64,000 nt of DNA from Eledone cirrhosa (GCA_964016885.1 OZ024740.1:397978001-398042000), one strand, 5' to 3'; counted from the stretch's first letter, positions 13,115-27,046 are shown. The notes: a model not told the origin generated them from the letters alone. Program-made: numbers and translations.

Positions 13115-13255
13115 TTAGCGAATAAGAACCTCTGGCAAAGTCTTTAATCTAAGATGATTTAACACCAAGTCCAAAATATTTGGCATTATTGACAGGCAGT
13201 TCCTGTATGCTGATGATGCTGATTTTGTGGCATACACTGTAGAGGACATGCATAT
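13115..13255 (+). pseudogene. RTE RT fragment
   Basis: Reads RTSGKVFNLR*...QFLYADDADFVA. Confidence 0.7.
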
Positions 13256-13261
13256 ATTACT

Positions 13262-13740
13262 TACATACATGATGGCTGCAAACTCTGCTAAGAGTATTGC
13301 AATCGCTTGTCAGATTCAGATGTGTGACGCTCGGATATGACTTTCCAAGCCTGCTAGAGACTTGCACTCCTTCGCACATTGACGACAGCTACTGATCTCC
13401 CTGGCCTCAGGTCTTGCATCAGGTTGCCCGCGAACCTTCACAATACCGTGCAGATTATCGTTCACTGGTTCTCTTTGAACGTGGCTGCGACTGTGGCTCC
13501 TGGGACCAGATTTGCAAATTTTCCACACTCAAATTTTTCCACACTCAAAGCACTTCAATTCGATGGAGATACCGATCGTTTCGAGAGATACACGAGGGCA
13601 TTGCTTACGCACATCCCGTTTGATCTTCTCGTGCTCTATGCGCCTGTCCTCAAAATTATGGACCCCATCATTCACCATTCCACGCCAAATTTCTTTTTCA
13701 AGAGCCTCTATCTCCCTGTCAGCCACCATCAAACCAGTTA
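13262..13740 (-). pseudogene. RTE LINE 3' end with zinc-finger remnants
   Basis: IWRGMVNDGVHNFE, CFECGKI, CRQCAKECKSLAGLESHIRASH, followed by an ATGTATGT tail. Confidence 0.7.
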
Positions 13741-13776
13741 CATACATACATACAAAGTCCCAGGCATTATTATCAG

Positions 13777-13958
13777 AGCGGTGGATTGGCAGTATCGGTA
13801 GGGGATCGGACGCCATGCTTTGCAGCAAAGAGTTACGGCCCTTTATGGTTTGAGTTCAAATCCCGCTGAAGTTAACTTTGCCTTTCATCCTTAAAATAAA
13901 GTACCAGTAATACACAGGGTAATTGCTGGCCTTGTGCCAAAAGTCGAAACAATTATTA
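13777..13958 (+). mobile_element. tRNA-derived SINE, dominant family
   Basis: A-box-like TGGCAGTATCGG, B-box GAGTTCAAATCC, shared body. Confidence 0.85.
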
Positions 13959-13974
13959 TCAGAGCCATAAAGAA

Positions 13975-14640
13975 GCTGTCTTCTTGCCAAGAATATAAAT
14001 GGGATGAAGAAAAGTTTTGACCTGGTTACAACATTCTCATAGGATAAATGTTCATATATGATTGTAAAGCGGGCCATAACTACAACCCAATCTAACAACA
14101 TTTTTACCAATGGCCTAACTGTTTCACTGATATCTGACGAGGACTGCTTCAGATACCTGGGGATAGATGAGAATATATCCTATAATGGTATTTGTAATAA
14201 GGAACGCGTAACCAGGGAATATTACACCCGATTAAGGAAAATATGGTCATCGGAACTCTCTGCGTACAATAACAGTGGCTTACTATGTGTTTGCTGTGCA
14301 TGTCCTAACACCAAATTTTGGAATACGATGGACGAAATCCGAGCAGTTGATGTTAAAACTCGAAAAATCCTAAACAACACCGAAAACTTCCACATCAACA
14401 GTGACGTAGACCGCCTCTACTTGAAACGTAAGCAGGGAGGCAAAGGGCTAACATCAGTCCAGACAGCATTTGAATGTCGTATTCCTCCGACAACATTTAC
14501 GAACCTCCAAATATAGGAGGCCATCTACTGAGCAAGACTATCTGCATGAAACAGATAAGATCATGAGAGTTGGGAAGGAACTCCTTGAAAGATACTCCCT
14601 GCATTATAATCACACCCAGGGAAATTACCCAGCAATATTC
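13975..14640 (+). pseudogene. Second, deleted fragment of the R4/Dong-type element
   Basis: FRYLGIDENISYNG and FHINSDVDRLYLKRKQGGKGL. Similar to ~8100-8780 on the opposite strand. Confidence 0.85.
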
Positions 14641-14649
14641 TTACACACA

Positions 14650-15310
14650 TGATGCTGCAGTACTTGAGAAAGAAGGCAGCACCAGTATTGAGAGGAGGAT
14701 TATTATAAACCAGATACGTTGGGCTGGTCATGTGGTCAGGATGGAAGATGGAAAGCTGCCTAAACAATTATTTTATGAGGGAAAAGGCTACAACATAAAG
14801 CTCTGAATATTGATATGGAGAACTGGGAGACATCATGAAGAATGATCATCAAGTATGCATGTGATGTCTTTGAGAAAAAGCGAATGAAGTATACTGCTTT
14901 GAAGCGTTCACTCCGTAAGCGGGACCCAAGTGCAGTGTCTGTAAAAATCCAGCAGGAATTGAGCTGCAATGTATATGGTCGATTTCTTCTATCAAGACCT
15001 GGATTTGTCAACCATCTGAAGTCACACAAGCCAGGGAAAAATCACTTGTGAGCTGGTTCTACTTCCACGCTCTCCACGGTACATTTGCAATGAGTGTGGC
15101 TTAATTTGCAAGTCAGCTGGGGGACTGACATGGTAGAATACATGAAAACACACCCCAGCCGGGATTGCCAGGAGACAGAGAGTTAAAGTGTCACATCTGT
15201 GAACGTGCTTGCAAAACAAAAGCAGGTCTGAAAAGTCACCAACGTGTACATAACCGTGCAATGTTCAGTGAAGGGTGGCACTATTCTGACAAGAAGTAGC
15301 AATCAATACA
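14650..15310 (+). pseudogene. RTE LINE 3' fragment with (ATGT)n tail
   Basis: QIRWAGHVVRMEDGKLPKQLFY followed by C2H2 finger remnants. Confidence 0.8.
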
Positions 15311-15451
15311 TGTATGTATGTATGTATGTATGTATGTATGTATGTATGTATGTATGTATGTATGTATGAATGTTATCTCTTTCTCTTAATTTCGAGTATA
15401 TTTTTGACCGGCCACCTGCCTGGTGGCAAGGTTATAAAAGAAAAGAAATTG

Positions 15452-15792
15452 TCATCCCTTGAATCGCAAGAATGTTTTGTAAATTTTGAACGTGCCAGCT
15501 ATCGCAGCCATTTGTAGACTATGAATTAGGGAGCTGCGCTCTTTGTCCGCAAATCCAAGTTCAGTTATGCATTGGTTCAAGTGGGTTGGTATATAACCCG
15601 TAGCTCCAATAATGATGGGTATGAAGCTAAAGGTGTATCTTGGATACTGGATTTGTAAACTCCTCATCAATGGCCCGTAGATGTCCTCCTTCTCCTGTAT
15701 TTTTCTGACAACGTTTACACAAGTGGGCAGCTGATCTCCACAACAGAACACGTTTTCAATGTGTGGTCCCAAACAACAATATCAGGCCGGTT
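15452..15792 (-). pseudogene. R4/Dong-type endonuclease C-terminal fragment (diverged family)
   Basis: NRPDIVVWD...VEISCP and EKEDIYGPLMRSLQIQYPRYTFSFIPIIIGATG parallel 7243-7722. Confidence 0.8.
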
Positions 15793-15978
15793 GTATGTAT
15801 GTATGTATGTATGTATGTATGTATGTATGTATGTATGTATGTATGTATGTATGTATGTATGTATGTATGTATGTATGCATGTATGTATGTATGTGTGTAT
15901 GATGTATGTATGTAAGTATGTGTGTATGCAAGTATGTATATATGTATGTATCTATTTATGTATATATGTATGTATGTA

Positions 15979-16190
15979 AGCTCGCTCTCGAGTGCTACTG
16001 GTAACATGTAACCCAGTACAACCTATCTCATAGTCGGGTCGTCGGCGACTAAACCGGCAACTCCACCAAGCTTGCTTGGTGAGAAGGGTGATATTTGGAC
16101 ACTCTGTGGGATGAAATACAAGACCCGTCAAAGGGCGGAGGAACTCGGCAGAGTCAACGGCCATCCAAATAGTACTTTTCTTTTTTTCTC
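15979..16190 (+). mobile_element. 5' head of the RTE-derived element family
   Basis: TGCTACTGGTAACATGTA.CCCAGTACAACC...GGCGACTAAACCGGCAAC is shared with 5730 and 6402. Confidence 0.65.
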
Positions 16191-16298
16191 CTTGGAGTGA
16201 CCTCCTCAGTGACAGATTACTTATTTTGTGTCTCTCCTTTGTTCTGTCCTACACCATCTTGTTTTTGTGTGTTGACAACATAACAACAACAACAACAA

Positions 16299-16372
<74 letters not shown>

Positions 16373-16839
16373 AGGGGTTTATAATGATAGAGAGCCCTAA
16401 ATAACTAATATAAAGCTGAATTCACGCAGATCGTCTTTGGGTTCGTCATCTTTATAAGCTATGTGTCGAAATACGCAAATATATATATACATACTACATG
16501 CATACCGCGTATGTATAGACAAAAACACACAGATACACATGTATGATTACTGATGTGTAACATTCCCATATATACACAAATGTATGTACTATCGTTCAAA
16601 GTTATGAAATGAAATACATTTTTCCGCTATTGACTTTTAGTATGCATGCATGTATGTATGTATGTATATATATATATATATAAATATTATATATATTCTA
16701 ATTCTTCATTTTTTATAGTTAATTGCAACAACACAGCTCGCCATTTTTGATTCATGTATATATAAATATATATATATATATATAACTATATATAAATATA
16801 TATAAATATATATAAATATATATATATAAATATATATAC

Positions 16840-17115
16840 AGATAAATCTAGCAATCAATGGTAGGGTCTAAACCGTATGAAGAACTCAATGTAATCCGTA
16901 TGTAGAAGATGTCGTGAAGCAAAGTTTAAAATACAAAATTTTCAACGATATAATTCATTGGATACAGAGTCAAAAATAGAAATATTAAAACAATGAAATT
17001 AAACACAAAACGGTTAATTCATAGTAAAACTCATTATTTTACGATCGTAAAATAATGAGTTTTACTATGAATTAACCGTTTTGTGTTTAATTTCATTGTT
17101 TTAATATTTCTCTCT
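16840..17115. repeat. Perfect 134-bp palindrome (16978-17111) with left-side tail, between AT tracts
   Basis: Loopless centre ACGA|TCGT at 17044/17045 with 67-bp arms. Confidence 0.85.
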
Positions 17116-17137
17116 ATATATAAATATATATATATCC

Positions 17138-17531
17138 CACAAGGTGTCCAAATTCACCCTCCTCACCAAGCAGGCTTAGTGGGGTTGCCGATTTAGTCGC
17201 CTTCAAAGGGTGGAGGAACAGAGGAGAGTCAACGGCAATCAAATATCAGAATGACCTTCTTCTAGAGAGATGTCTGAATGAAGACTAGGAGTCTCTCGCT
17301 CCACACACACAACAAAAGAAAAATAAATTAAAAAATAAACTTTATTTGATCGGCGTTGACTCTCTCGAGTTCCTCCGCCCTTTCACAGGTTTTGTTTTTC
17401 TTCCCACAGGGTGTCCAAATTCACCCTCCTCGCCAGCAAATTTGGTGGGGTTGCCGGTTTAGTCGCCGACGGCCTGACCTTGCGCAGGTTGTACTGTGTT
17501 ACATGTTACCAGTAGTGTTGAAGAACGACCT

Positions 17532-17533
<2 letters not shown>
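17138..17533 (-). mobile_element. Two 5'-head fragments of the RTE-derived family
   Basis: GGTGTCCAAATTCACCCTCCTC.CCA...GGGGTTGCCG.TTTAGTCGCC occurs at ~17143 and ~17410. Confidence 0.6.
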
Positions 17534-17593
<60 letters not shown>

Positions 17594-17775
17594 AATATAT
17601 ATATATATAGGAGATAAATAAATTTAGTATAATACCAGTTTATTACCAGATGCGAAGAAGCTCGATATATTAACCCCTTAGAAAAGGGTAGAGACCATAA
17701 TTTTTTAAAAATTATATATATAAGATCCCGTTAAGAGTGAAAGCAGCGATTCTTTGCTTAAACTTTAATCTATTA

Positions 17776-17858
<83 letters not shown>

Positions 17859-18071
17859 CGTTTCTGAATTTGTTTAGCAAGATTCTTTATCTGAAATCGT
17901 GTGTTGAAACCGATATTGTTATACTTTGGGAGGGTCATGTTGCCAATAAGAAACACACGCACCAGTTGCTTTCACTTCAATTTAATTTAATATATATTTA
18001 TAAATTTACAAATTTATAAATTTCTGGTTGGTTGGTTGGTTCCACAACCAGATAGTTGTTTATATATATAT

Positions 18072-18116
18072 AGTCATAGTTCTTTCGTCACACACTCTGT
18101 GACCTCTTCAGTGACT
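18072..18116 (-). ncRNA. Hammerhead ribozyme motif, left-arm copy
   Basis: Reverse complement of 18248-18292. Confidence 0.65.
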
Positions 18117-18247
18117 GGGGATTTCTTTCTTCGTTTCTGTGCCTTTCCTTTCTTCTATCCTACGCCATTTCTTCTATCCTACGCCATTTTTCAAAATGGC
18201 GTAGGATAGAAGAAAGGAAAAGCACAGAAACGAAGAAAGAAATCCCC

Positions 18248-18292
18248 AGTCACTGAAGAGGTCACAGAGTGTGTGACGAAAGAACTATGACT
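18248..18292 (+). ncRNA. Hammerhead ribozyme motif
   Basis: AGTCA-CTGAAGA-G-GTCAC/GTGAC-GAAA-GAAC-TA-TGACT. A related 5' half lies at ~16191-16222 (minus). Confidence 0.7.
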
Positions 18293-18427
18293 ATATATAT
18301 ATAAACAACTATCTGGTTGTGGAACCAACCAACCAACCAGAAATTTATAAATATATATTAAATTAAATTGAAGTGAAAGCAACTGGTGCGTGTGTTTCTT
18401 ATTGGCAACATGACCCTCCCAAAGTAT

Positions 18428-18479
<52 letters not shown>

Positions 18480-18543
18480 TAGAAAACGTAAGAGAAACAC
18501 AAACATATAGACAATTACCGCTCTTCGGTTGTTTGGTGTGGGT

Positions 18544-18588
18544 CACTGATGTTTCGATGCATTAAAGACAGTACATCTCACCACAGTG
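18544..18588 (-). ncRNA. Decayed hammerhead motif
   Basis: CACT-GTGGTGA-GATGTA/TGCATC-GAAA-CA-TC-AGTG. The core is mutated and stem III is shortened. Confidence 0.4.
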
Positions 18589-18975
18589 CGTTAATAACTA
18601 CGAGGTATAGTTATTAGGGAAGAAAACAACAACAACAAAAGAACACAGACGCTAGCAAAAAGAACGACAGAAAAAGAAAATAAACAGAAAAAACCCCAGA
18701 AAATATACCGATAGAGAGGGGGAACACGAGACAGTATACATGTAAGTTTCAGTAACCAATGTGTGAGAATGAGAAGTTAAAAAGGAGACCGAGCGCAAGC
18801 CCTGAATCCGTATTAATAGCCCGGCAGAGAACGAAAAAAAACCCTCTGATCTTAGCAAGAACAGGCGCAAAGAGGGAGAGACGAAGGAAAACGGAAATGA
18901 GAGGGGGGAGTAGTAAGGGAGCAGAAAGAGAGGGGAGAAAGGAGATAGATGGTAGGAGCAAAGAGAATAAGTGAG

Positions 18976-19033
<58 letters not shown>

Positions 19034-19279
19034 AGTGAGTTGAGAGAGAGAGAAAGGGAGGGAAGAAAGAGGGAGAAACGAGGAAGGAAAAGATTTAATA
19101 CAAAATGACAGAACGTAAGTCCAAAATCAGAATTAACAACAACAAGCGAGATAGAGTGATTAGAAGGAAGGTGACAGCAATAAATTAATATGAATTAAAA
19201 GTGACAAAAGCGCTGTGTGGTTACTAATAGATAGTGTTTAGAAAACGAAAGAAAAACACAAATATATATATATATGACA

Positions 19280-19490
19280 GTCGATCGACTTTCGTCAAAT
19301 CGGACCGAGGAAACAATGTTTCCGTTGGTCTTTCCAATTACTAATACTATCTATCGGTCGCAACTCCAGGTAGAAGGAGCAACGTAAAATAAAGTGTCTT
19401 GCTCAAGACATAACGCATCGCCCAGTCCAGGAAACGAACTCAAAACCTCACGATTGCGAATCCAATTTTCTAACCACTCAGCCACGCACC

Positions 19491-19494
<4 letters not shown>
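19280..19494 (-). mobile_element. tRNA-derived SINE with CORE-like domain
   Basis: Head TGGCTGAGTGG...GAGTTCGTTTCC, then TCTTGAGCAAGACACTTTATTTTACGTTGCTCC. Second copy at 49147-49361. Confidence 0.75.
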
Positions 19495-19539
<45 letters not shown>

Positions 19540-19681
19540 TTAAAAGTTAAACAAGGTTCATTGAATACATCAAAGAATGAGTTTTACAATAGATTTGAAG
19601 CACTCAACAGTAAAGGTTTTCCAGAGTTATTAATATTAATTCAAAATATTAACAAAATAGATATTCTTGTGATCAAGTATA

Positions 19682-19744
19682 TTTTATTATACATATATCA
19701 GAGATACTGATTTAAGTTCAACAGTACGTCCTCATCAGATAAAA
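19682..19744 (-). ncRNA. Hammerhead motif in inverted pLTR (GAAA changed to GATA)
   Basis: TTTTAT-CTGATGA-GGACGTACTG...CAGTATCTCT-GATA-TATGTA-TA-ATAAAA. Confidence 0.6.
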
Positions 19745-19966
19745 TAAGATGATGTATGACATACCCTGACATAGTAGATGGTTAAGATTCAGTCATGGTA
19801 GTGATTAACATATGACAAAACTCAATATTTATACCCTAATATTGAGAACATGAGAAAAATATATAATACAAACAATAGAGAGGGTGCGTGTAATACAGCT
19901 TAAAAAATACATGGCATCAATATAACAGTTAATAAAATTCTTTTTAAACTACTGAAGAAAGAGGAA

Positions 19967-20510
19967 ATGAATATGGCCCAAAACATCGCTAAACTAAATA
20001 GTATAATTCTAAACCAAAATCAACATAATGCTATTAATAATAGTGTTAATATAAATAATAATAAATCGAAATGTAATTGTAGAAATAAACCAGATTGCTC
20101 TCTGCAAAATAATTGTCTGGATAGAAATCTGGTGTATAAATGGACCGTAAAAACAAATAACAACACATACAACTACATAGGGGCAACTTCTTCGACATTT
20201 AAATCGAGATTTGCGAATCACAAATGCTCATTTTCGAATCCTAATAGGAAATCTTCGACTTCTTTATCACAACTTATATGGTCATTAAAAGACAAAAATT
20301 TAAAATACTCGATTTTTTGGACGAAGCTTTGTAATAGTAAAATATACACGAACTCCTCTATATAAACTAACTGCAACCTCTGCACAAAGGAGACCCTATT
20401 AATAATTACTAATTACGAAACTTAACAAAAAAAGTGAATTATTCTCAAACTGCCTTCATAAAGCTTTGTCTACATTCCAAGCCTCGCAAAAAGTCAGGAA
20501 AAAACACTAA
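19967..20510 (+). pseudogene. PLE GIY-YIG endonuclease fragment
   Basis: KCNCR...C.LQNNCL..NLVY...YIGATSSTFKSRFANH...STSLS, then out-of-frame CNLC..E and LNKKSELFSNCLH. Homologous to the C-terminus of 57480-59444. Confidence 0.9.
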
Positions 20511-22454
20511 ACAATCAGGCCTTAATTTTTGACGTCTCTTATCAACTGTTGGGCTAAAAAGTCATAACGGTTTATAAAACTTTAATAATGCTTTATCTTC
20601 TAATCATTTATGATAGAATTAATGTTAGAATGAAGGATCCTCTTTAGATATACAAACATATTATTTGGTAACTTGTTTACTTGATAAATATGCACATCTT
20701 AGGATTATTTTAGATATTTATAATTTATCTGTCTCTGTTTTAAATATATAATTTGGATATTCAACTTGTAAATTTACCGATTACAATTGAACTGTAGATC
20801 ATTCACGCGTTTGCATATTTTATTCATTTTGAGTATGTTCTGGGGACTCAGAAAGTTAGATTTGCATTTATTTATTTTTATATATATCGAGGTATAAATA
20901 TAACAAACCATAACAGTCGACAAATATTGGTCTCTCTCTCCACTGAACTGGAGGTAAAACTACAATTATAGCATTACTAATAATGATTATAATTATTTAT
21001 TTATTAAATGTATACCATTTCATTAATACCTATAATAATATCTCTATATAGTTGTACAAATAGGTTTATCTAGTGTAATAACATACTCGTAGTTACATTT
21101 ATAAATAATTTAGACACTCAAATGACTCTATATTGTTATAAGTGTTTGATATTCCCTGGAAGTTCGAATTTATATAATGATTTTTACTTAATTTAATATA
21201 ATTTAATGTAATTTAATTTATTTTAATTAAATTTAAATTTAGATTACCTTCGGCTTTTTCAAATATTTAGCTCCTCTTTCTATCACATTCGCTAAAATAT
21301 TTTAGACGTATCTTTTGTCTAATTTATATTAAAACCATATTTCATTTTATAATATATTTTTAATATTGGGCATTTTTAAGTCTCGCAAACAATTCATTAT
21401 TTTTATTTTTTATTTTTATATTTATTTTGTATCTAGCCTCTATCATTAGGACTCATGTAGTTTTGAATTATATATTTGTAGTATATATATCAACTAAATG
21501 AAAATAATTGATATAAAACATTAATTTTTTAATAGTATATTTTAACTATATATATTTTTTAACAATATTTTCAGTAACTTATTTACTATATTGTATTATT
21601 GTATTTTGTTATATTATATATATTTGAAATGTAGCACCTTAAGTCTATAGACATTATAATCCTTATGCATTTTTGATCAACACTTATATATAATTATGCA
21701 TTTTTGATTAACACATATATATATAATTAAAAATTCAGACTTCTTTAAGTTTAGTTATAAGGCCGGTTGATCCTTTAGGCACTCAAACTGTTTAATCATA
21801 AATTATTTAATAATTGTAACTATAATTATTTTATGAATTAAATTATATGATAATTTTGGTAAAGATTAACTTCGGGAGGGTATAAAAGCATTATATATTT
21901 TCTCTCTCGTGTTTCGTAAATCCCTTTGTTTTCATAAAATTTGAATTTTAGAAATTAAACTTGATAGTATAATATAATATTAATACAAATACCTTTAAAA
22001 CCTAAAATATTACTATTACTCTGAAATAACTTAAATTAAATATGTTGAATATTAACGGTCATCTAAGTAAGTTTGGATATATATTGCATATATAGAAAAT
22101 TGTCTATAAACTTGAACATAAATTACTCCTCTTTGTCTCTCTATCTCTATAATCATCTCTCATTTGTTTTTTCGAGGCACCTACTAACTATATTATCCCA
22201 TCAGCTGTTTCTTCCTCTATGCTTTCCTTTCTTTCCTCTTTCTTCAGTAATTTAAAAAATTTGTTATTAACTGTTATATTGATGCCATGTATTTTTTAAG
22301 CTGTATTACACGCACCCTTTCTATTGTTTGTATTATATATTTTTCTCATGTTCTCAATATTAGGGTATAAATATAGGGTTTTGTCATATGTTAATCACTA
22401 CCATGATTGAATCTTAACCGTATACTATGTCAGGGTATGTCATGCATCATCTTA

Positions 22455-22497
22455 TTTTATCTGATGAGGACGTACCTCTGAAATATGTATAATAAAA
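22455..22497 (+). ncRNA. Hammerhead motif in 3' pLTR with stem II deletion
   Basis: TTTTAT-CTGATGA-GGACGTACCTCT-GAAA-TATGTA-TA-ATAAAA. Confidence 0.6.
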
Positions 22498-22537
22498 TAT
22501 ACTTGATCACAAGAATATCTATTTTGTTAATATTTTG

Positions 22538-22582
<45 letters not shown>

Positions 22583-22585
<3 letters not shown>

Positions 22586-22790
22586 GGGTGCTGGAATTAC
22601 CTCCCCCCCCCCCCAAAAAAAAACTACCCAAACACACATCTATTTGGATATGCGCTACAATTTATGTACATGCTATCGAAGTTTTCTGACTATTTTAGAG
22701 TGAAAATAGCTAAATTAATCATCACAACTAAATTGACCTTATTACCCCCCCCCCCCCCTCATTCGGAAATGTTTCCACCTCCCCACCCCA
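22583..22790. mobile_element. Non-autonomous DNA transposon (MITE), diverged copy of 63004-63179
   Basis: Starts TA-CAGGGGTGCTGGAA. Internal AAACTACCCAAACAC...CTATTTGGAT..CGCTACAAT is shared in opposite orientation. Confidence 0.6.
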
Positions 22791-23098
22791 CCCTTATAAA
22801 GCTGTAATGTAACTAAGAATCATCTGAATATTAAATATTCTTTGTAATTTTGTACAACTCTCTCTCTCTCTCTCTCTCTCACTTACCCTCTCTTTCTTTC
22901 AAGCCCTTCTCCATTTTCTACCCCCTCTCTCTCTCTCTTTCTCTTTCTCTTTCTCTGTCTGTCTCTCTCTCTCTCCCTCTTCCTCTCTCTCTCTCCCATC
23001 TCTCTCTCGTAGTTACTTCTCAAAGTAGATCGGAATAGCGTCACGGGGGAAGCCTTTCTCTCTTAACATGTTATATTTCTTTTACACGCAAGAACACG

Positions 23099-23238
<140 letters not shown>

Positions 23239-23474
23239 TACACACACGAACACACGAACACACACACACCAAGACACACACACACACACGCACACGAACA
23301 CGAACACACAGACACACACACACACACACACGAACACACGAACATACACACACCAAGACACACACAAACATAGGAACACGCATAGGAACACACACACGAA
23401 CACCCACACGAACACACGCGAACACGCACGCATATTTTTCTATTCATTTATAAGTATTTATGTTCTCTCTCTCC

Positions 23475-23510
<36 letters not shown>

Positions 23511-23559
23511 CATATATATATATATACATATATACATATAAATATATATATACATATAA

Positions 23560-23651
<92 letters not shown>

Positions 23652-23787
23652 AAATAACAGGAGGGTGATACATATATATAATAAACATATATACATATAT
23701 ATATACTCCGGTATTTCCTAATGTTTGTTGAGTGAGTTTGAAATTGGTCGGAGTATCGCTATTAGCTTTCTCCGTTTATGTAATTAT

Positions 23788-24528
<741 letters not shown>

Positions 24529-24812
24529 AATTCACACATAAATAAGTAGCAGCCATTTTGCCTTCTACTTTCTCTTTATTTTTTCTCTTATCTTAAACCT
24601 CCCATTTCTCGTTTAGTCCATTGTCTCGACAGTATCGAGTTGGTTCCCACGTAAGGGAGCACCTGTCATTTGGAGCACGTGACTGTCGGCTCGTGCGGCA
24701 TGTGCCTTTGTCGCGCGCCGCCGTTTATTTTTATTCGATGCTTTTTGTCTTTTCGAAAATATATTTATTCACAATTGTTGTACAGTATACACACACACAC
24801 ACACACGGACAA

Positions 24813-24853
<41 letters not shown>

Positions 24854-24902
24854 CATATATACATACATACACACATATATATATATATATATACATACGT
24901 AC

Positions 24903-24960
<58 letters not shown>

Positions 24961-25009
24961 CTGTATGTATGTGTAAATATATATGCGTGTGCATCTGTGT
25001 GTTTATGTA

Positions 25010-25102
<93 letters not shown>

Positions 25103-25103
<1 letters not shown>

Positions 25104-25698
25104 GACGGATGACGGATAGTCCTGGCTTACTCTATTTCTTAATTCATATGTATCACATCCGCAACAACGCAGCACGCCATTTTTCATCCCTATATTTTTC
25201 CTCCTTCGCTGTGACCTGTCTCTTTCTCTTCCCTTAATGCTATCCTCTTTCTCTCTCCCCCTCCTCTCTCCTTATACCTCTTACTTTCATTCACCCCTCT
25301 GCTAGTCACCCTCTCTCGGCTAGCCTCTTCCTCACACTTTTACTCACTCACTCTCTGCTACTCACCCTCTCTCACTCTCACCCGTCTGACCCTTGTGAAA
25401 TTCTTTTCTCGCTCACATTTCGCAAGGCTTGGACGCGTCTTTCGTCTTCTCGTCAAGGAATCGCCAGATCTTCTGTTCACTTGTATCACTGACTTGATGT
25501 TTCACTCTTTACGTTGCCTCACCATTCTTGTTTATTTACATGTCTCTCTTTCTCCACCCAATTCTTTTTATCCCAATAACTTTATTTAGTTATTGCTCGC
25601 GCTGGCTTGAGGTATATTATCTTTAACGTGAAGAAATACCTATCATGGCCAGAAGATCACTGATGACGGATAGTCCTAGCTTCTTACTCTATTTTTGA

Positions 25699-25702
<4 letters not shown>
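25103..25702 (+). mobile_element. ~600-bp insert in (TA)n with terminal direct repeats containing a partial HHR core
   Basis: GATGACGGATAGTCCT.GCTT..ACTCTATTT occurs at ~25108 and ~25662. The second copy is preceded by CT (CTGATGA-C-GGA-TAG-TCC), but no GAAA follows. Confidence 0.45.
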
Positions 25703-25781
<79 letters not shown>

Positions 25782-25833
25782 TACATATAAATATGTATAT
25801 ATGTATAAATATGTATATATATATATAAATATA

Positions 25834-25867
<34 letters not shown>

Positions 25868-25966
25868 CATACATACATATATATATACACACATATATAT
25901 ATATATATACATTAATATACATATTTCTACATTAATTTTGGATATACATATATACATATATATATT

Positions 25967-26030
<64 letters not shown>

Positions 26031-26331
26031 TATACCATATATACATATATATATACCATATATATATATATATATATACATATATATACCATATATATAT
26101 ATATATACATATATTTACCATATATATATATACATATATTTACCATATATATATATACATATATTTACCATATATATATATATATACATATATATACCAT
26201 ATATATACATATATATACCATATATATATATAGAGAGATATATACCATATATATATATATACATATATATACCATATACATATATATATATATATATAAA
26301 TATACATATATATACATATACATATATATAA

Positions 26332-26407
<76 letters not shown>

Positions 26408-26412
<5 letters not shown>

Positions 26413-26519
26413 AATAGAATGAAACGAAATTTCATTTCTCACTCTTAGTACGGCACTTACTTAAATGTAAGTATGTATGTATACGTACATACATACATGT
26501 ATACAGACGTACAGTAGCA

Positions 26520-26575
<56 letters not shown>

Positions 26576-27013
26576 TATACATACACGTACACATATATAT
26601 ATGTACGTATCAGTTTAGCGGACGTTTATTATAACGCCCGCTTTGTCCGTTTGTAAACAAACGGACAGCCTGATTTATGCCGTACGGTGTTAAGTCAACC
26701 ACGTCACCTTTTTGTTCAACACTGACACAGGAACGATGTACTAGTTTCAAGCTTCTTAGCTATCATCAGCACCGTATACCCTTCTGCCAGATGGTTGAAC
26801 GTTCGAAAGTATATACTTTCCTTATGAAAATTAACGGCTGAGCAGCCTAATTTGCATATCGAGTGAGTTCAGTCGGCCAGGCGTACCGAAAATGATAAGT
26901 TGTAATAGAATGAAATGAAATTTCATTTCTCACTCTTAGTACGGCACTTACTTAAATGTAAGTATGTATGTATACGTACATACATACATTTATACAGACG
27001 TACAGTAGCATGC

Positions 27014-27046
<33 letters not shown>

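Larger units (their letters stand above)
17857..18435. mobile_element. Fold-back PLE-type mini-element (inverted arms 17913-18435, tail 17857-17912)
   Basis: ~245-bp arms meet at ~18191, with small duplications in the left arm. (TA)n on both sides and an HHR in each arm. Confidence 0.85.
19541..22541 (+). mobile_element. 5'-truncated Naiad-type Penelope-like element with inverted pseudo-LTR
   Basis: 19638-19967 is an inverted copy of 22232-22541. The arms enclose a GIY-YIG fragment and a long AT-rich 3' region, both contain HHRs, and the element ends at (TA)n. Confidence 0.85.

Noticed and set aside
23703-23756. ATACTCCG...GAAATTGGTCGGAGTAT as a hammerhead
   Set aside because: Only an 8-bp inverted repeat and GAAA..TC are present, with no CTGANGA. 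Too weak.
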